Source: Phycisphaera mikurensis NBRC 102666 (GTDB lineage: Bacteria; Planctomycetota; Phycisphaerae; Phycisphaerales; Phycisphaeraceae). From it: DNA of 32,000 nucleotides. The notes under the pieces were generated by a model, which was not told the DNA's origin, did not search any database, and worked only from the letters and a program-made list of their open reading frames with translations. The translations under genes were made by a program, and so were the position numbers. Of this stretch, positions 1 to 9,169 are shown in pieces; positions within the stretch are counted from its first letter, which is position 1, and each line of letters begins with the position of its first letter. The stretch lies in the NCBI RefSeq assembly GCF_000284115.1, contig NC_017080.1:1680001-1712000 (forward strand). Direction: 5' to 3'.

Positions 1-202
1 GGGCAAAGGGCCGATTGACGAGCCAATCGATCCGAGCCCTCGGGAAGGCCCGCGTGAGCGAGGCCACCGCGGGCACCGTCCGCGCGACGTCGCCCAGCGC
101 CGAGGGACGCAGGATCAACACCCGCTGCGGCGGTTCCCGCAGGCGCAGCCGCTGGAGGGCCGACGCGTCGGCGGGACCGGGCTCGGGGGACGAATCGGGC
201 AA
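1..202 (-). CDS. Glycosyltransferase family 9 / heptosyltransferase-like protein, N-terminal part (runs off the window)
   Basis: Reverse-strand translation reads ...PPQRVLILRPSALGDVARTVPAVASLTRAFPRARIDWLVNRPFA, the characteristic GT9 N-terminus (ILRxSALGDV..PAV..L...P.A.IDWLV). An in-frame stop lies upstream near position 254. The start is uncertain: TTG at 202 or GTG at 121. Confidence 0.72.
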   Translation of the reverse strand, partial: MPDSSPEPGPADASALQRLRLREPPQRVLILRPSALGDVARTVPAVASLTRAFPRARIDWLVNRPFA

Positions 203-321
203 CGGGCAGCGGCGGCGGGCGGCGTCGCCGGGAACCCGGCGGAGCGGGCCAAGTTAGGTTGCTCCGGCGGGAGCGACCCGCCGCCCGCGTGCGGGCGCCG
301 CCCTACGCCCGAGAAGCGCCC

Positions 322-1113
322 ATGCCCACCGCGGTCATCTCCGACATCCACGGCAACATCGACGCCCTCGACGTCGTGCTCGCCGACATCGACCGCCGGA
401 AGATCGAGCGGGTCCTCTGCCTCGGCGACATCATCGGCTACGGCCCCGACCCGGTGGCCTGCCTGGACCGGGTGATGGAGCGATGCGCCTTCGCGATGAT
501 GGGCAACCACGACTTCGCGGTGCTCTTCGAGCCCACCAGCTTCAACACCTCCGCCGAGCAGGCCGCGTTCTGGACGCGTCGGCAATTCGAGGCCGAGCCC
601 GACCCCGAGCTGCGTCGGAAGCGGTGGGAGTACCTGGGCAACCTCTCGATCCGCCGCTGGGAGAACGGCACGATGCTCGTGCACGCCAGCCCGCGCCGGC
701 CGATCAACGAGTACGTCTTCCCCGACGACGTCCTGACCGCGCCGGGCAAGATGGAGCAGATCTTCAGCCGATTCGAGACCCGCTGCTTCTGCGGGCACAC
801 GCACGTCACGGGGGTCTTCACCGACGAGCCCGACTTCTACCCGCCCGCCGACCTCGGCGGCCCGTACCTCTTCCACGACGAGGAGAAGTGCATCGTCAAC
901 CCCGGCAGCGTCGGCCAGCCCCGCGACCGCGACCCGCGGTCGAGCTACGCGATCGTCTACGACGACGGCGAGGCCGGCGACGACGGCAAGGGCGGCCCCG
1001 CCCGCGTCGAGTTCGTCCGGCTCGAATACGACGTGCAGGCGGTGGTGGAGAAGGTCGAGCAGGTCGCGGACCTTTCGGACTTCCTTGGGCAGCGGCTGCT
1101 GGAGGGGCGGTGA
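322..1113 (+). CDS. Metallophosphoesterase (YfcE/calcineurin-like)
   Basis: MPTAVISDIHGNIDALDVVL..CLGDIIGYGPDP..MMGNHD..GHTH: motifs DxH, GDxxGYG, GNHD and GHTH. Start taken at ATG 322 rather than the upstream ORF start. Confidence 0.93.
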   Translation: MPTAVISDIHGNIDALDVVLADIDRRKIERVLCLGDIIGYGPDPVACLDRVMERCAFAMMGNHDFAVLFEPTSFNTSAEQAAFWTRRQFEAEPDPELRRKRWEYLGNLSIRRWENGTMLVHASPRRPINEYVFPDDVLTAPGKMEQIFSRFETRCFCGHTHVTGVFTDEPDFYPPADLGGPYLFHDEEKCIVNPGSVGQPRDRDPRSSYAIVYDDGEAGDDGKGGPARVEFVRLEYDVQAVVEKVEQVADLSDFLGQRLLEGR

Positions 1114-1245
1114 AGGAGCGGGGAAGTGGAGGAGCGGGGAAGCGGGGAAGCGAAGAAGCGAAGAAGTGAGGAAGCGAAGAAGCGAAGAAGTGGAGGAGCG
1201 GGGAAGTGGGGAAGCGGGGAAGTGGGGAAGTGGAGGAGTGGGGGG
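1110..1245. repeat. Tandem octamer array, 17 contiguous GYGRRGRA-type units
   Basis: Direct reading in 8-nt phase: gtgaagga gcggggaa gtggagga gcggggaa gcggggaa gcgaagaa gcgaagaa gtgaggaa gcgaagaa gcgaagaa gtggagga gcggggaa gtggggaa gcggggaa gtggggaa gtggagga gtgggggg. Confidence 0.9.
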
Positions 1246-1395
1246 CGGGGCGGCGGGGGGCGGTTGATGGGGGCGGCGGTGGCGGGTCGGTAGGTTGCGG
1301 ACGCGGCCGCGTGTTGTTGAGTTCGGAGACGGTCCGACGCGGCTTCTGTCTTTTCCGGGTCCGTCGCCCGCGGAGCGGGCAGCCCTTTTCGAGCC

Positions 1396-1842
1396 ATGCG
1401 CACCGACTTCTCCTGCGGCATCATCCCGGTGATCCACGACGGCACCTTCCGCCGCTACCTGCTGGTGCGTCACGCCGCGGGGCACTGGTCCTTTCCCAAA
1501 GGTCACCCGGAGGTGGGCGAGAGCGACCTCGCGGCGGCGCTGCGTGAGCTGGCCGAGGAAACCGGCGTCGCCGGCGTCGACGTGCTGCCCGAGCCGGTCT
1601 TCCCGGAGACGTACGCCTTCACCAAGCGCTCCGGCAGGACCGTGCACAAGCGCGTCAACTACTTCTTGGCCCGCGTGGAGCCCGGCGCCACCGTGCGGCT
1701 CCAGGCCGAGGAGGTGAGCGACCACGCCTGGGGCCGGTGCGGCGACACATCGCGGCGGATGACCTTCGGCGAGGGCCGGAAGCTCCTGCGGGCGGCCGAC
1801 GCGTTCATCGGACGCGGCGGCGCGGCTTCCATCGGCTTGTGA
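1396..1842 (+). CDS. Nudix hydrolase (Ap4A-hydrolase-like)
   Basis: Nudix box GHPEVGESDLAAALRELAEETGV (GX5EX7REUXEEXGU) plus YLLVRHAAGHWSFPKG. Confidence 0.92.
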   Translation: MRTDFSCGIIPVIHDGTFRRYLLVRHAAGHWSFPKGHPEVGESDLAAALRELAEETGVAGVDVLPEPVFPETYAFTKRSGRTVHKRVNYFLARVEPGATVRLQAEEVSDHAWGRCGDTSRRMTFGEGRKLLRAADAFIGRGGAASIGL

Positions 1843-2189
1843 CCCGCCGCCGCCGCGGACGGTCGCTGCGGACGCACCGCCGGCCGGCCCGTCCGCGGCG
1901 TCGACGCGGCGGGGCGGCGGTGCGCCGGCTCGACGGTGGCGGTTGCATGCCGGGGAGGTGGATGCGTCACTGGATCGACGGCCGCGGGGCGAGCCCCCCG
2001 CGACCGCCGTTCAAGGCCGGGCGCCGAGCGTCCGATGAACCGCGGACGGCCGTCGCCACACGATTGATCCGGCGGCCGACACGGCCGCACGCCCGGGACG
2101 AGTGTCCCCGGCATCGTTGGCCGAACCGGAGTTGGTTCGGCAAGAGAATCGTTTCGGGGGCCATGGCCCTCCTGGAGAAAGAAGAAGTT

Positions 2190-2732
2190 ATGTCGCATCG
2201 CAACCCCCGCTCGCTCAAGTCCGCTGGTTTCACCCTCGTCGAGATCCTGATCGTCGTGGTCATCCTCGGCATCCTCGCCGCCATCGTGATCCCGCAGTTC
2301 ACGAACGCCTCGCAGGCCGCCCGGGCTTCGCAGCTCACCGCCCAGCTGCAGACCCTCCGCAGCCAGCTCGAGCTGGCGCAGATGGAGCACCAGGGCGTGT
2401 ACCCGACCCTCTCGGGCACCAACGCCGCCGCCTGGGCGCCCCTGACGACGCCGACCCAGCGCCTGGACACCTACGCCGCCGCGGTCGCGACGACGACCAA
2501 CCCCGCCGGCCCCTACCTGCAGAAGCCCCCGGTGAACGCGTTCTTCGCCGCCACGACGGCCCTGCCGAACACCTCCGTCGGCAGCGCCGCCACCAACGCC
2601 TGGATCTACGACGCCACGACCGGCTCGATCCGCGCCAACGTCAACACGCTCGACGCCGCGAAGGCGCAGGGCCTGGGCCTGGACATCTGGAACGCCACCA
2701 CCAACCCCGGCGGCGACGTCTCGCCCAAGTGA
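2190..2732 (+). CDS. Type II secretion / type IV pilus-like major pseudopilin (GspG-like)
   Basis: Class III prepilin N-terminus SAGFTLVEILIVVVILGILAAIVIPQFTNAS. Purine-rich stretch gagaaagaagaag precedes ATG 2190; an alternative start is ATG 2163. Confidence 0.88.
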   Translation: MSHRNPRSLKSAGFTLVEILIVVVILGILAAIVIPQFTNASQAARASQLTAQLQTLRSQLELAQMEHQGVYPTLSGTNAAAWAPLTTPTQRLDTYAAAVATTTNPAGPYLQKPPVNAFFAATTALPNTSVGSAATNAWIYDATTGSIRANVNTLDAAKAQGLGLDIWNATTNPGGDVSPK

Positions 2733-2864
2733 GCCACTGCTTTCCCTCCGGCTCCTGAGCCGGACCCCGAGCGGAACCCGCGGCCCACCGCCGCGGCTTC
2801 CTGTCGTCCCGCACCGCGGGGCCCTCTCCGCCTCCCGCAGGCTTCTTCCCCCGGGACCCCCACC

Positions 2865-3122
2865 ATGCCCGCCCTCCGCTACACCAACGCCGTCCTCACG
2901 CTGCTCGCCGTCCTGCTCTCCGCCAACCTGTGGGTGCTGGTTTCCGGGCCTTCCAACGGCCTCGCCTCCGAGGCGCACGCCCAGGGCGTCTCGAACACGG
3001 CGCAGCGGCAGGTCGAGATCCTCGAGGAGATCAAGGTGGCCAACGAGCAGCTCCGCGCGATCAACAGCAACCTGATCGGCGGCGTGAAGGTCGAGGTCGT
3101 GGCCGCGCCCGGCGGCGAGTGA
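2865..3122 (+). CDS. Small hypothetical protein with N-terminal signal/TM segment and short helical C-terminus
   Basis: 85 aa ORF MPALRYTNAVLTLLAVLLSANLWVLV..QRQVEILEEIKVANEQLRAINSN.. located between two pseudopilin genes on the same strand. Confidence 0.65.
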   Translation: MPALRYTNAVLTLLAVLLSANLWVLVSGPSNGLASEAHAQGVSNTAQRQVEILEEIKVANEQLRAINSNLIGGVKVEVVAAPGGE

Positions 3123-3219
3123 GGCGCCACGGCCGCCACCCGTGAGCACCCAGCGGAGGCCGAGGGCCTCCGCTTCGCTGCGCCCAAAGCCGCGGCACCG
3201 ACCCGCCGATGGACCCGCC

Positions 3220-3783
3220 ATGCCCCGACGAAACGCCCCCCGATCCGCCGCCGCCTCCCGCGGGGGCTTCACCCTCATCGAGATCCTGATCGTGGTGCTG
3301 ATCGTCGGCATCGCGGGCGCCCTGGTGGTCCCCTCGATGCTCTCCGCCGGCACGATCGGCCTGCAGGGCGCCGCCCGGCTGATCGTGGCCGACCTCCAGT
3401 ACGCCCAGAACGAAGCCGTCGCGAGCGGGGCGGTCCGCGGCATCGAGTTCGATCCGGCCGCGAACCGCTACCGCATGTTCGACGAGAACGACGCGACGAT
3501 CGACCTGAAGTGGATGCGGGTGGGCGGGCGGGCGGACACCGTCCCCGGCGACGGCACCGGCCACACCGTCGACTTCTCCACGGACCCGCGCTTCAAGGGC
3601 TTCGACCTGCGGCGGACCCGGACCGACGGCCTGGACCCCGGCCAGCTGCCCTTCCGCGTGACCTTCGACGAGCTCGGCGCTCCGACCAGCGGCTCGGCCA
3701 ACGCCATCATCCACATCGCCTTCGCCGAGAACGCGTACCGCATCGAGGTCGACGGCTTCACCGGCCGGGTCACCGTCCAGTAG
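3220..3783 (+). CDS. Type II secretion / pilus pseudopilin (GspH/FimT-like)
   Basis: GGFTLIEILIVVLIVGIAGALVVPSM.. prepilin N-terminus. Start taken at ATG 3220. Confidence 0.85.
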   Translation: MPRRNAPRSAAASRGGFTLIEILIVVLIVGIAGALVVPSMLSAGTIGLQGAARLIVADLQYAQNEAVASGAVRGIEFDPAANRYRMFDENDATIDLKWMRVGGRADTVPGDGTGHTVDFSTDPRFKGFDLRRTRTDGLDPGQLPFRVTFDELGAPTSGSANAIIHIAFAENAYRIEVDGFTGRVTVQ

Positions 3784-3955
3784 CGGCGGCCGGGCCCGGC
3801 CGCGTCGCCGCCCGCGCGAGCCGCGAGCGTCCGGCTCGCTCCCGCGATGCGCCCCGCTCAACCCCGCGAGCCGCCCGGCCCGATGCAGGGCGCTGGGTTC
3901 TCGGACCCGCCCCCGTCGCTGCCTCGGCCCTGCGCTCCCGGCCGAAAGCCCACCC

Positions 3956-4252
3956 ATGAGAAAGCCCCGCGCCGCCCGAAGCCTCCCCGCCGCCCGGAAG
4001 CCCGGCCGCTTCGCGCGCTCGCCGCGCCTGACCCTGGCCTTCTTCGCCGCGGTCGGGCTTCTGCTCTGGGGCCGCCTCCTGCTCAAGGAGGTGCCGCAGA
4101 CGGCCTCCGCCGTCGACGCCGCGTCGCCGGCGGGAGCGGTGGAGGCGCCGACGCCCGATCCCGCGGCGGCTCCGGCCGGGCCTGGGAGCGACGCGGGCGA
4201 CCCGGAGAATCGACCCAGAAAGACGGACCCGGCTGGCAAAGTCGGCGGCTGA
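3956..4252 (+). CDS. Small single-pass membrane protein, unknown function
   Basis: 98 aa, one hydrophobic segment (LTLAFFAAVGLLLWGRLLL) then a Pro/Ala-rich tail; co-oriented just before the secretin gene. Confidence 0.55.
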   Translation: MRKPRAARSLPAARKPGRFARSPRLTLAFFAAVGLLLWGRLLLKEVPQTASAVDAASPAGAVEAPTPDPAAAPAGPGSDAGDPENRPRKTDPAGKVGG

Positions 4253-4396
4253 ATCAGACGAAGAGGAGCGTGGTGCCGTTGCACCACCCGCCCGTGCACC
4301 CGGTCGTTCCCGGGGCGAACGCACACCGACGCGGGCGCCGTTCCCTTCCCTTCCACGCGTGAGCCCGAGGCTTCGGGGCGCGTCCAGGAGACCCAG

Positions 4397-6400
4397 ATGA
4401 TTCCGTTCCGCACCACTTCGTCCCGATGGGCAGCCGCCATCGGGGTCGTCGGCAGCCTCGCCGGAGGCGGCCTCCAGGCCTCCGCCCAGGACGCCCCGCC
4501 CGCCGCTGCCGGTGAGCCGATGGACCTCTTCGAAGCCCCCGCCCCCGAGGGCGAGTCCGCCGTCGAGATGGACTCGTTCGGCAAGATCGACCTGGCCGTG
4601 AAGGACCTGGAGATCGCCAAGGTGCTCCAGCTGCTCTCGATCCAGAGCCAGAAGAACATCGTCACCAGCCGCAACGTCTCGGGCAAGGTTTCCGCCGACC
4701 TGTACGGCGTCTCCTTCCACGATGCGCTCAACGCGATCCTCCAGCCGAACAACTTCGGCTACGAGGAGAAGGGCAACTTCATCTACGTCTACACGACCTC
4801 GGAGCTGGAGGAGCGTCAGCAAGCGGCCCGGACGCTGTCGACCCGGGTGGTCCGTCTCAACTACCTCAACGGCGCCGACGCGAAGGCGATCGCCTCGACG
4901 CTGCTGTCCGACGCCGGGAAGGTGACGTTCAACTCCGAGGCCGCCGAGGGCTTCGCGCCCTCCACCGGCAGCGCCGGCAGCAACGAGTTCGCCCTCTCCG
5001 ATGCGCTGATCGTCCGCGATTACGAGGAGAACGTCGAGCAGATCGTCGCCCTCCTCGACGAGCTGGACGTCCGCCCCAAGCAGGTGCTAATCGAGGCCAC
5101 GATCCTCCAGGCGGCGCTCACCGAGAACAACGCCTTCGGCGTGGACTTCTCCGCCTTCCAGAACCTGTCGAGCTTCGACTTCTCCAGCCCCTTGAACGCC
5201 ATCGACGACCTGCTCGGCGGCGGCGGGCCCGACGGCGACTCCGGCGGCGCCATCACCTCCGGCGTCGGCAACACCGGCGCCCCCGGCGGCGTGAAGGTCG
5301 GCTACGTCGGCGACGACGCCAGCGTCTTCGTCCGCGCCCTCGACCAGGTCACCGACACCACCGTGGTCGCCAAGCCCAACGTCATGGTGCTCAACCGGAT
5401 GCGGGCCGACCTGCTCGTCGGCTCCCGCCTGGGCTACCTCTCGACCACGCAGACCGAGACCAGCACCAGCCAGACCGTCGAGTTCCTCGACGTCGGCACG
5501 CAGCTGACCGTCCGGCCGTTCGTCTCCAACGAGGGCACCGTCCGCCTCGAGCTCCGCCCGTCGATCTCCGACGGCAACGTCGTGACCCGCGAAGGCTTCG
5601 TCATCCCCAACGAGACGACGCAGGAGCTGATCACCAACATCATCGTCGAGAACGGCCAGACGGTCGTGATCGGTGGTCTGTTCAAGGAGGACACCACCTC
5701 CACCCGCGACCAGGTCCCCGGCCTCGGCGACATCCCCTTCCTGGGCAACGCCTTCAAGGGCAAGGACGACACGGTGGAGCGGTCGGAGGTGATCTTCCTG
5801 ATCAAGACCACCATCGTCGAGCCGCAGCAGATGACCGCCGCCGGCGAGGCCGCCACCGAGGCCATCCGAAACAAGCGGATCGGTGCCCGCAACGGCCTGC
5901 TGCCCTGGAGCAACGACAAGCTGGTCTCCAGCAACCTGCTCACCGCCCGCGAGGCCCTCGCCGCCGGCGACAAGGACAAGGCTCTCTGGCACGCCAACCT
6001 GGCCCTCTACATCTCGCCCACCGGCGCCGACGCCCTGGCGATGAAGCAGGAGATCACCGGCGAGCGGATCGCCTACCACGACCGCAGCCAGCTCGAGAGC
6101 GTCTTCGCCGACGAGATGGACCGCGGCCTCATGGAGATCAACCCCGACGGGCCCGCCATCGACCCGATCGACCCGACGGTGCCGATGTCCGCCACCGGCG
6201 GCCAGAACGCTCCGGCTCCCCGCGACAGCGACTGGGCCTACACGTTCGAGGAGGAAGCGGAGGAGCCCACGCCCGCTCCCGCCGAGCCCGCCACGGCGGT
6301 CCTGCCGCCCACGCCGGTCTCCACCGGCGACGCGGAGAAGGACGCGGCCGCCATGGACGCCTACTACGAGCAGCTGCTCTCCGGCGTCGACGTGGAGTGA
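4397..6400 (+). CDS. Secretin (GspD/PilQ family outer-membrane pore)
   Basis: Signal peptide; KDLEIAKVLQLLSIQSQKNIV..VSADLYGVSFHDALNAIL (secretin N-domain); PKQVLIEATILQ; C-terminal VENGQTVVIGGLFKEDTTSTRDQVPGLGDIPFLGNAFKGK..RSEVIFLIKTTIV (secretin signature). Confidence 0.95.
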   Translation: MIPFRTTSSRWAAAIGVVGSLAGGGLQASAQDAPPAAAGEPMDLFEAPAPEGESAVEMDSFGKIDLAVKDLEIAKVLQLLSIQSQKNIVTSRNVSGKVSADLYGVSFHDALNAILQPNNFGYEEKGNFIYVYTTSELEERQQAARTLSTRVVRLNYLNGADAKAIASTLLSDAGKVTFNSEAAEGFAPSTGSAGSNEFALSDALIVRDYEENVEQIVALLDELDVRPKQVLIEATILQAALTENNAFGVDFSAFQNLSSFDFSSPLNAIDDLLGGGGPDGDSGGAITSGVGNTGAPGGVKVGYVGDDASVFVRALDQVTDTTVVAKPNVMVLNRMRADLLVGSRLGYLSTTQTETSTSQTVEFLDVGTQLTVRPFVSNEGTVRLELRPSISDGNVVTREGFVIPNETTQELITNIIVENGQTVVIGGLFKEDTTSTRDQVPGLGDIPFLGNAFKGKDDTVERSEVIFLIKTTIVEPQQMTAAGEAATEAIRNKRIGARNGLLPWSNDKLVSSNLLTAREALAAGDKDKALWHANLALYISPTGADALAMKQEITGERIAYHDRSQLESVFADEMDRGLMEINPDGPAIDPIDPTVPMSATGGQNAPAPRDSDWAYTFEEEAEEPTPAPAEPATAVLPPTPVSTGDAEKDAAAMDAYYEQLLSGVDVE

Positions 6401-6651
6401 TCCACCGCGGTGAATCCTGAAGGAAGAGGAGGCCTCCGTGAAAGCGGGGGCCTCTTGCGTGCGCGGCCGCTCGGCATGGCCCCGGAGGCGTGCGTCTGCT
6501 GGACTGGGGTGCGGCTGGCGCCCGCTCCGCCGCCGCGGCGGCGGGCGGCCGCGAGAGCCGACGGGCCCGCCCGCGGGGGAACACCCCGCAGAACCGTCAA
6601 GGCCCGCCCGGAACCGCCCGATGAGAGGGACGACCGCTCCCCGGATTCTCC

Positions 6652-7923
6652 ATGTTCAACAACCACCGCCTCCTCGCCCGCGTCGCTCCCGCCTGCCTCG
6701 CCGCCGCCGTTGCCGCAGGCCTCACCGGCTGCGCCTCCAGCGGCGACAAGAAGAACCAGCACGAGCGTTGGGTCGCCGACGCCAACGCGGGCTGGAACAA
6801 CATCCGCAGCCACGCGCTGCTGGAGACCGCGACCAAGGAGTTCCAGAACGGCCGGCTGGACCTCGCCGAGCGGACCGTCGGCGACGCCGCGAAGAAGGAT
6901 CCGACCAACCCGGAGCTGTTCCTGCTCGCGGGGCGGGTCGCCCTGGAGAAGGGCGAGCTGGAGAAGGCCCACGCGATCTTCGCGAAGTCGATCGTGCTCG
7001 CCGAAGCCCGCAAGCAGGTCACCAGCGACGCGTACTACTACCAGGGCGTGATCCTGCAGCGGTGGCAGCGCCTCGACGAGGCGCTGGAGCGATACACCGC
7101 CGCCCACCGCATCGAGCCGGACAACCCCGGCCGCCTGCTCGCGATGACCGAAACGCTCGTTGCCCTGGGCCGCCTCGACGACGCCAAGGCCGAGCTGACC
7201 CAACGCCTCGCCTACTTCGACCAGAACCCCGCGCTGCGGGTGACGCTGGCCCACATCGCGAAGATGCAGGGCGAGTCGGCGGAGGCGCTGTCCTGGTTCA
7301 AGGAGGCCGCCATCCTCGCCCCCGACGACATGATCGTCCGGGAGCAGCTGGCCGACGCCCACCTCGCCGCCGGCAACATCGACGACGCGTGCGTCGCGAT
7401 GCGTCGGCTCGTGGCGGACCCCGGCTACGCGGAGCGCGACGACCTGATCCGCCGCCTCGCCGCGGCGGAGCTAGAGGGGGGGCGGGTCGACGACGCCCGG
7501 CAGCTCTACATCGACCTCACCGCCCAGAACCCCGGCAACGTCGGCGACTGGACGGAGCTCGCGCGGCTGTCCTGGCGGATGAAGGACCAGGGCGGAACGC
7601 TGATCGCGGCCAACCGCATCATGGAGCTCGCGCCCAACGAGGCGAACGGCTACCTGATGGCGGGCCTCGTGTGGCAACGCCGCGGCCGCCATGCCGACGC
7701 GCTGAACCTCTTCGACCGGGCCGCCGATCTCGACCCGCTCGACCCCACGCCGGTCGTCATGCGGGGCCTGTGCCTGCAGAAGACCGGGCAATGGGCCGCC
7801 GCCCGGGAGGCGTATGCCGAGGCGCTCCGCCGCCAGCCCGGCGACTCCCGCGTGGCGCGGCTGCTCGCCGCCGCCGAGCGTGCCGCGGGCCCCGCCCCGC
7901 TCGCCGCCGTCGAGACGAACTAA
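6652..7923 (+). CDS. TPR-repeat lipoprotein
   Basis: Signal with lipobox-like LTGC (AGLTGCASSG) and multiple TPR-like repeats (e.g. ALERYTAAHRIEPDNPGRLLAMTETLVALGRLDDAKAEL, ALNLFDRAADLDPLDPTPVVMRGLCLQKTGQW). Confidence 0.85.
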   Translation: MFNNHRLLARVAPACLAAAVAAGLTGCASSGDKKNQHERWVADANAGWNNIRSHALLETATKEFQNGRLDLAERTVGDAAKKDPTNPELFLLAGRVALEKGELEKAHAIFAKSIVLAEARKQVTSDAYYYQGVILQRWQRLDEALERYTAAHRIEPDNPGRLLAMTETLVALGRLDDAKAELTQRLAYFDQNPALRVTLAHIAKMQGESAEALSWFKEAAILAPDDMIVREQLADAHLAAGNIDDACVAMRRLVADPGYAERDDLIRRLAAAELEGGRVDDARQLYIDLTAQNPGNVGDWTELARLSWRMKDQGGTLIAANRIMELAPNEANGYLMAGLVWQRRGRHADALNLFDRAADLDPLDPTPVVMRGLCLQKTGQWAAAREAYAEALRRQPGDSRVARLLAAAERAAGPAPLAAVETN

Positions 7924-7982
7924 GGGGCGGCCGACCCTTCCTCTCCCTCGTACACCCGCCGTTCCGGGCCACCAGAACCCCG

Positions 7983-9158
7983 ATGAACCCGCTTCCTCAT
8001 GAAGTCACGGCCGAGCTGGAAGGCTGCCGTGCCGAGCTGGACCACATGTCCGTCGAGCTCGACCAGGCGTATGAAGAGCTGACGATCCTCCACCGCCTCA
8101 GCGCGACGCTCCGCGTGGAGCGGCCGGTCGAGGAGGTGCTGCACGACGCCTGCGCCGGGCTGGTCGCCGGGGCCGGGCTCGCCTTCGCCGCCGTCCGGCT
8201 CGCCGGCGGGGCGGGGCTGATGCCCACGCTCGCCGTGGCCGAGCCCGAGGCAGCCGCGGACGGTGCGGGCTCCGCACGCTTGCGGGCGCTCGTCGACGCC
8301 GCCGCCGCGGAGCTGCTCGCCACGGGGTACGTCGCCGTGCCCGGCTCGATCCTCGAGCCGGTGGACGCGCTGGCCCGCCCGCGGCTCGCCGAGCTGACGC
8401 CCGCGGCCATCGTCGTGCCGCTTCGCATCGGCGACGAGGCCGTCGGCGTGCTGCTCGCGGCGGTGCCCGCCGGCGCCGAGCTGCTGTCCAGCGTCGAGGC
8501 GAAGCTCGCCGAATCGGTCGCCGGGCCGCTGTCGATCTTCCTGGAGAACCGCCGCCTCTTCGAGCGGGCGCGTGAGCTGGCGACCGCGGTCCTCGTCTCG
8601 CTCGTCCGCGCCATCGACGCGAAGGACCCCGCCACCCGCGGCCACAGCGAGCGGGTCTCCGCGCTGGCGCGGGCGGTCGGCGAGGAGCTGAAGCTGCCCC
8701 CCGCCGAGGTCGACCGGCTCCGCCTCGCCGGCCTCGTGCACGACCTCGGCAAGCTCGGCGTGCCCGAGTCGATCCTGCTCAAGAAGGGCAAGCTCACCGA
8801 CGAGGAGTTCGCCGCCATCCGCCGGCACCCGCAAGCCGGCGTCGACATCCTCCGCGGCATCGAGCCGCTCGCCGACCTCCTGCCCGCCGTCCTGCACCAC
8901 CACGAGCGCTATGACGGCCGCGGCTACCCCGCCGGGATCGGCGGGGAGGCCATCCCGCTGCACGCCCGCATCCTCGGCGTCGTGGACGCCTTCGACGCCA
9001 TGCACAGCCGCCGCTCCTACCACGAGGGCGCGGCCGTTGCGGCCTGCCTCGGCGAGATCGAACGCAACGCCGGCAGCCAGTTCGACCCGCGGATCGTGGC
9101 GGCCTTCGTCGCCACGCAGCAGCGGTCCGCGGTCGGGCAGCGTCGGCTGGCGGCCTGA
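7983..9158 (+). CDS. HD-GYP domain protein, probably with an N-terminal GAF-like sensor region
   Basis: RAIDAKDPATRGHSERVSALA..LAGLVHDLGKLGVPESILLKKGKLTDEEF..HP..G..IL..HHERYDGRGYPAGIGGEAIPLHARILGVVDAFDAM: canonical HD-GYP motifs. Upstream region (LSATLRVERPVEEVLHDAC..IVVPLRIGDEAVGVLL) is GAF-like. Confidence 0.93.
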   Translation: MNPLPHEVTAELEGCRAELDHMSVELDQAYEELTILHRLSATLRVERPVEEVLHDACAGLVAGAGLAFAAVRLAGGAGLMPTLAVAEPEAAADGAGSARLRALVDAAAAELLATGYVAVPGSILEPVDALARPRLAELTPAAIVVPLRIGDEAVGVLLAAVPAGAELLSSVEAKLAESVAGPLSIFLENRRLFERARELATAVLVSLVRAIDAKDPATRGHSERVSALARAVGEELKLPPAEVDRLRLAGLVHDLGKLGVPESILLKKGKLTDEEFAAIRRHPQAGVDILRGIEPLADLLPAVLHHHERYDGRGYPAGIGGEAIPLHARILGVVDAFDAMHSRRSYHEGAAVAACLGEIERNAGSQFDPRIVAAFVATQQRSAVGQRRLAA

Positions 9159-9169
9159 GTCCGCGCCGC

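Noticed and set aside
15-257. 80-aa + strand ORF at the window edge
   Set aside because: Low-complexity Ser/Arg/Gly product; the opposite strand encodes a convincing GT9 N-terminus.
1110-1245. CRISPR interpretation of the octamer array
   Set aside because: Units are 8 bp and directly adjacent, with no spacers and no cas genes nearby.
2748-2763. CCGGCTCCTGAGCCGG hairpin after the GspG-like gene as an intrinsic terminator
   Set aside because: Short stem and no following U-tract. In GC-rich sequence such hairpins are frequent by chance, so I do not call a terminator.
6438-7982. N-terminal extension of the HD-GYP ORF
   Set aside because: It overlaps the TPR lipoprotein in another frame and is Arg/Pro-rich noise. 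The real start is at or near ATG 7983.
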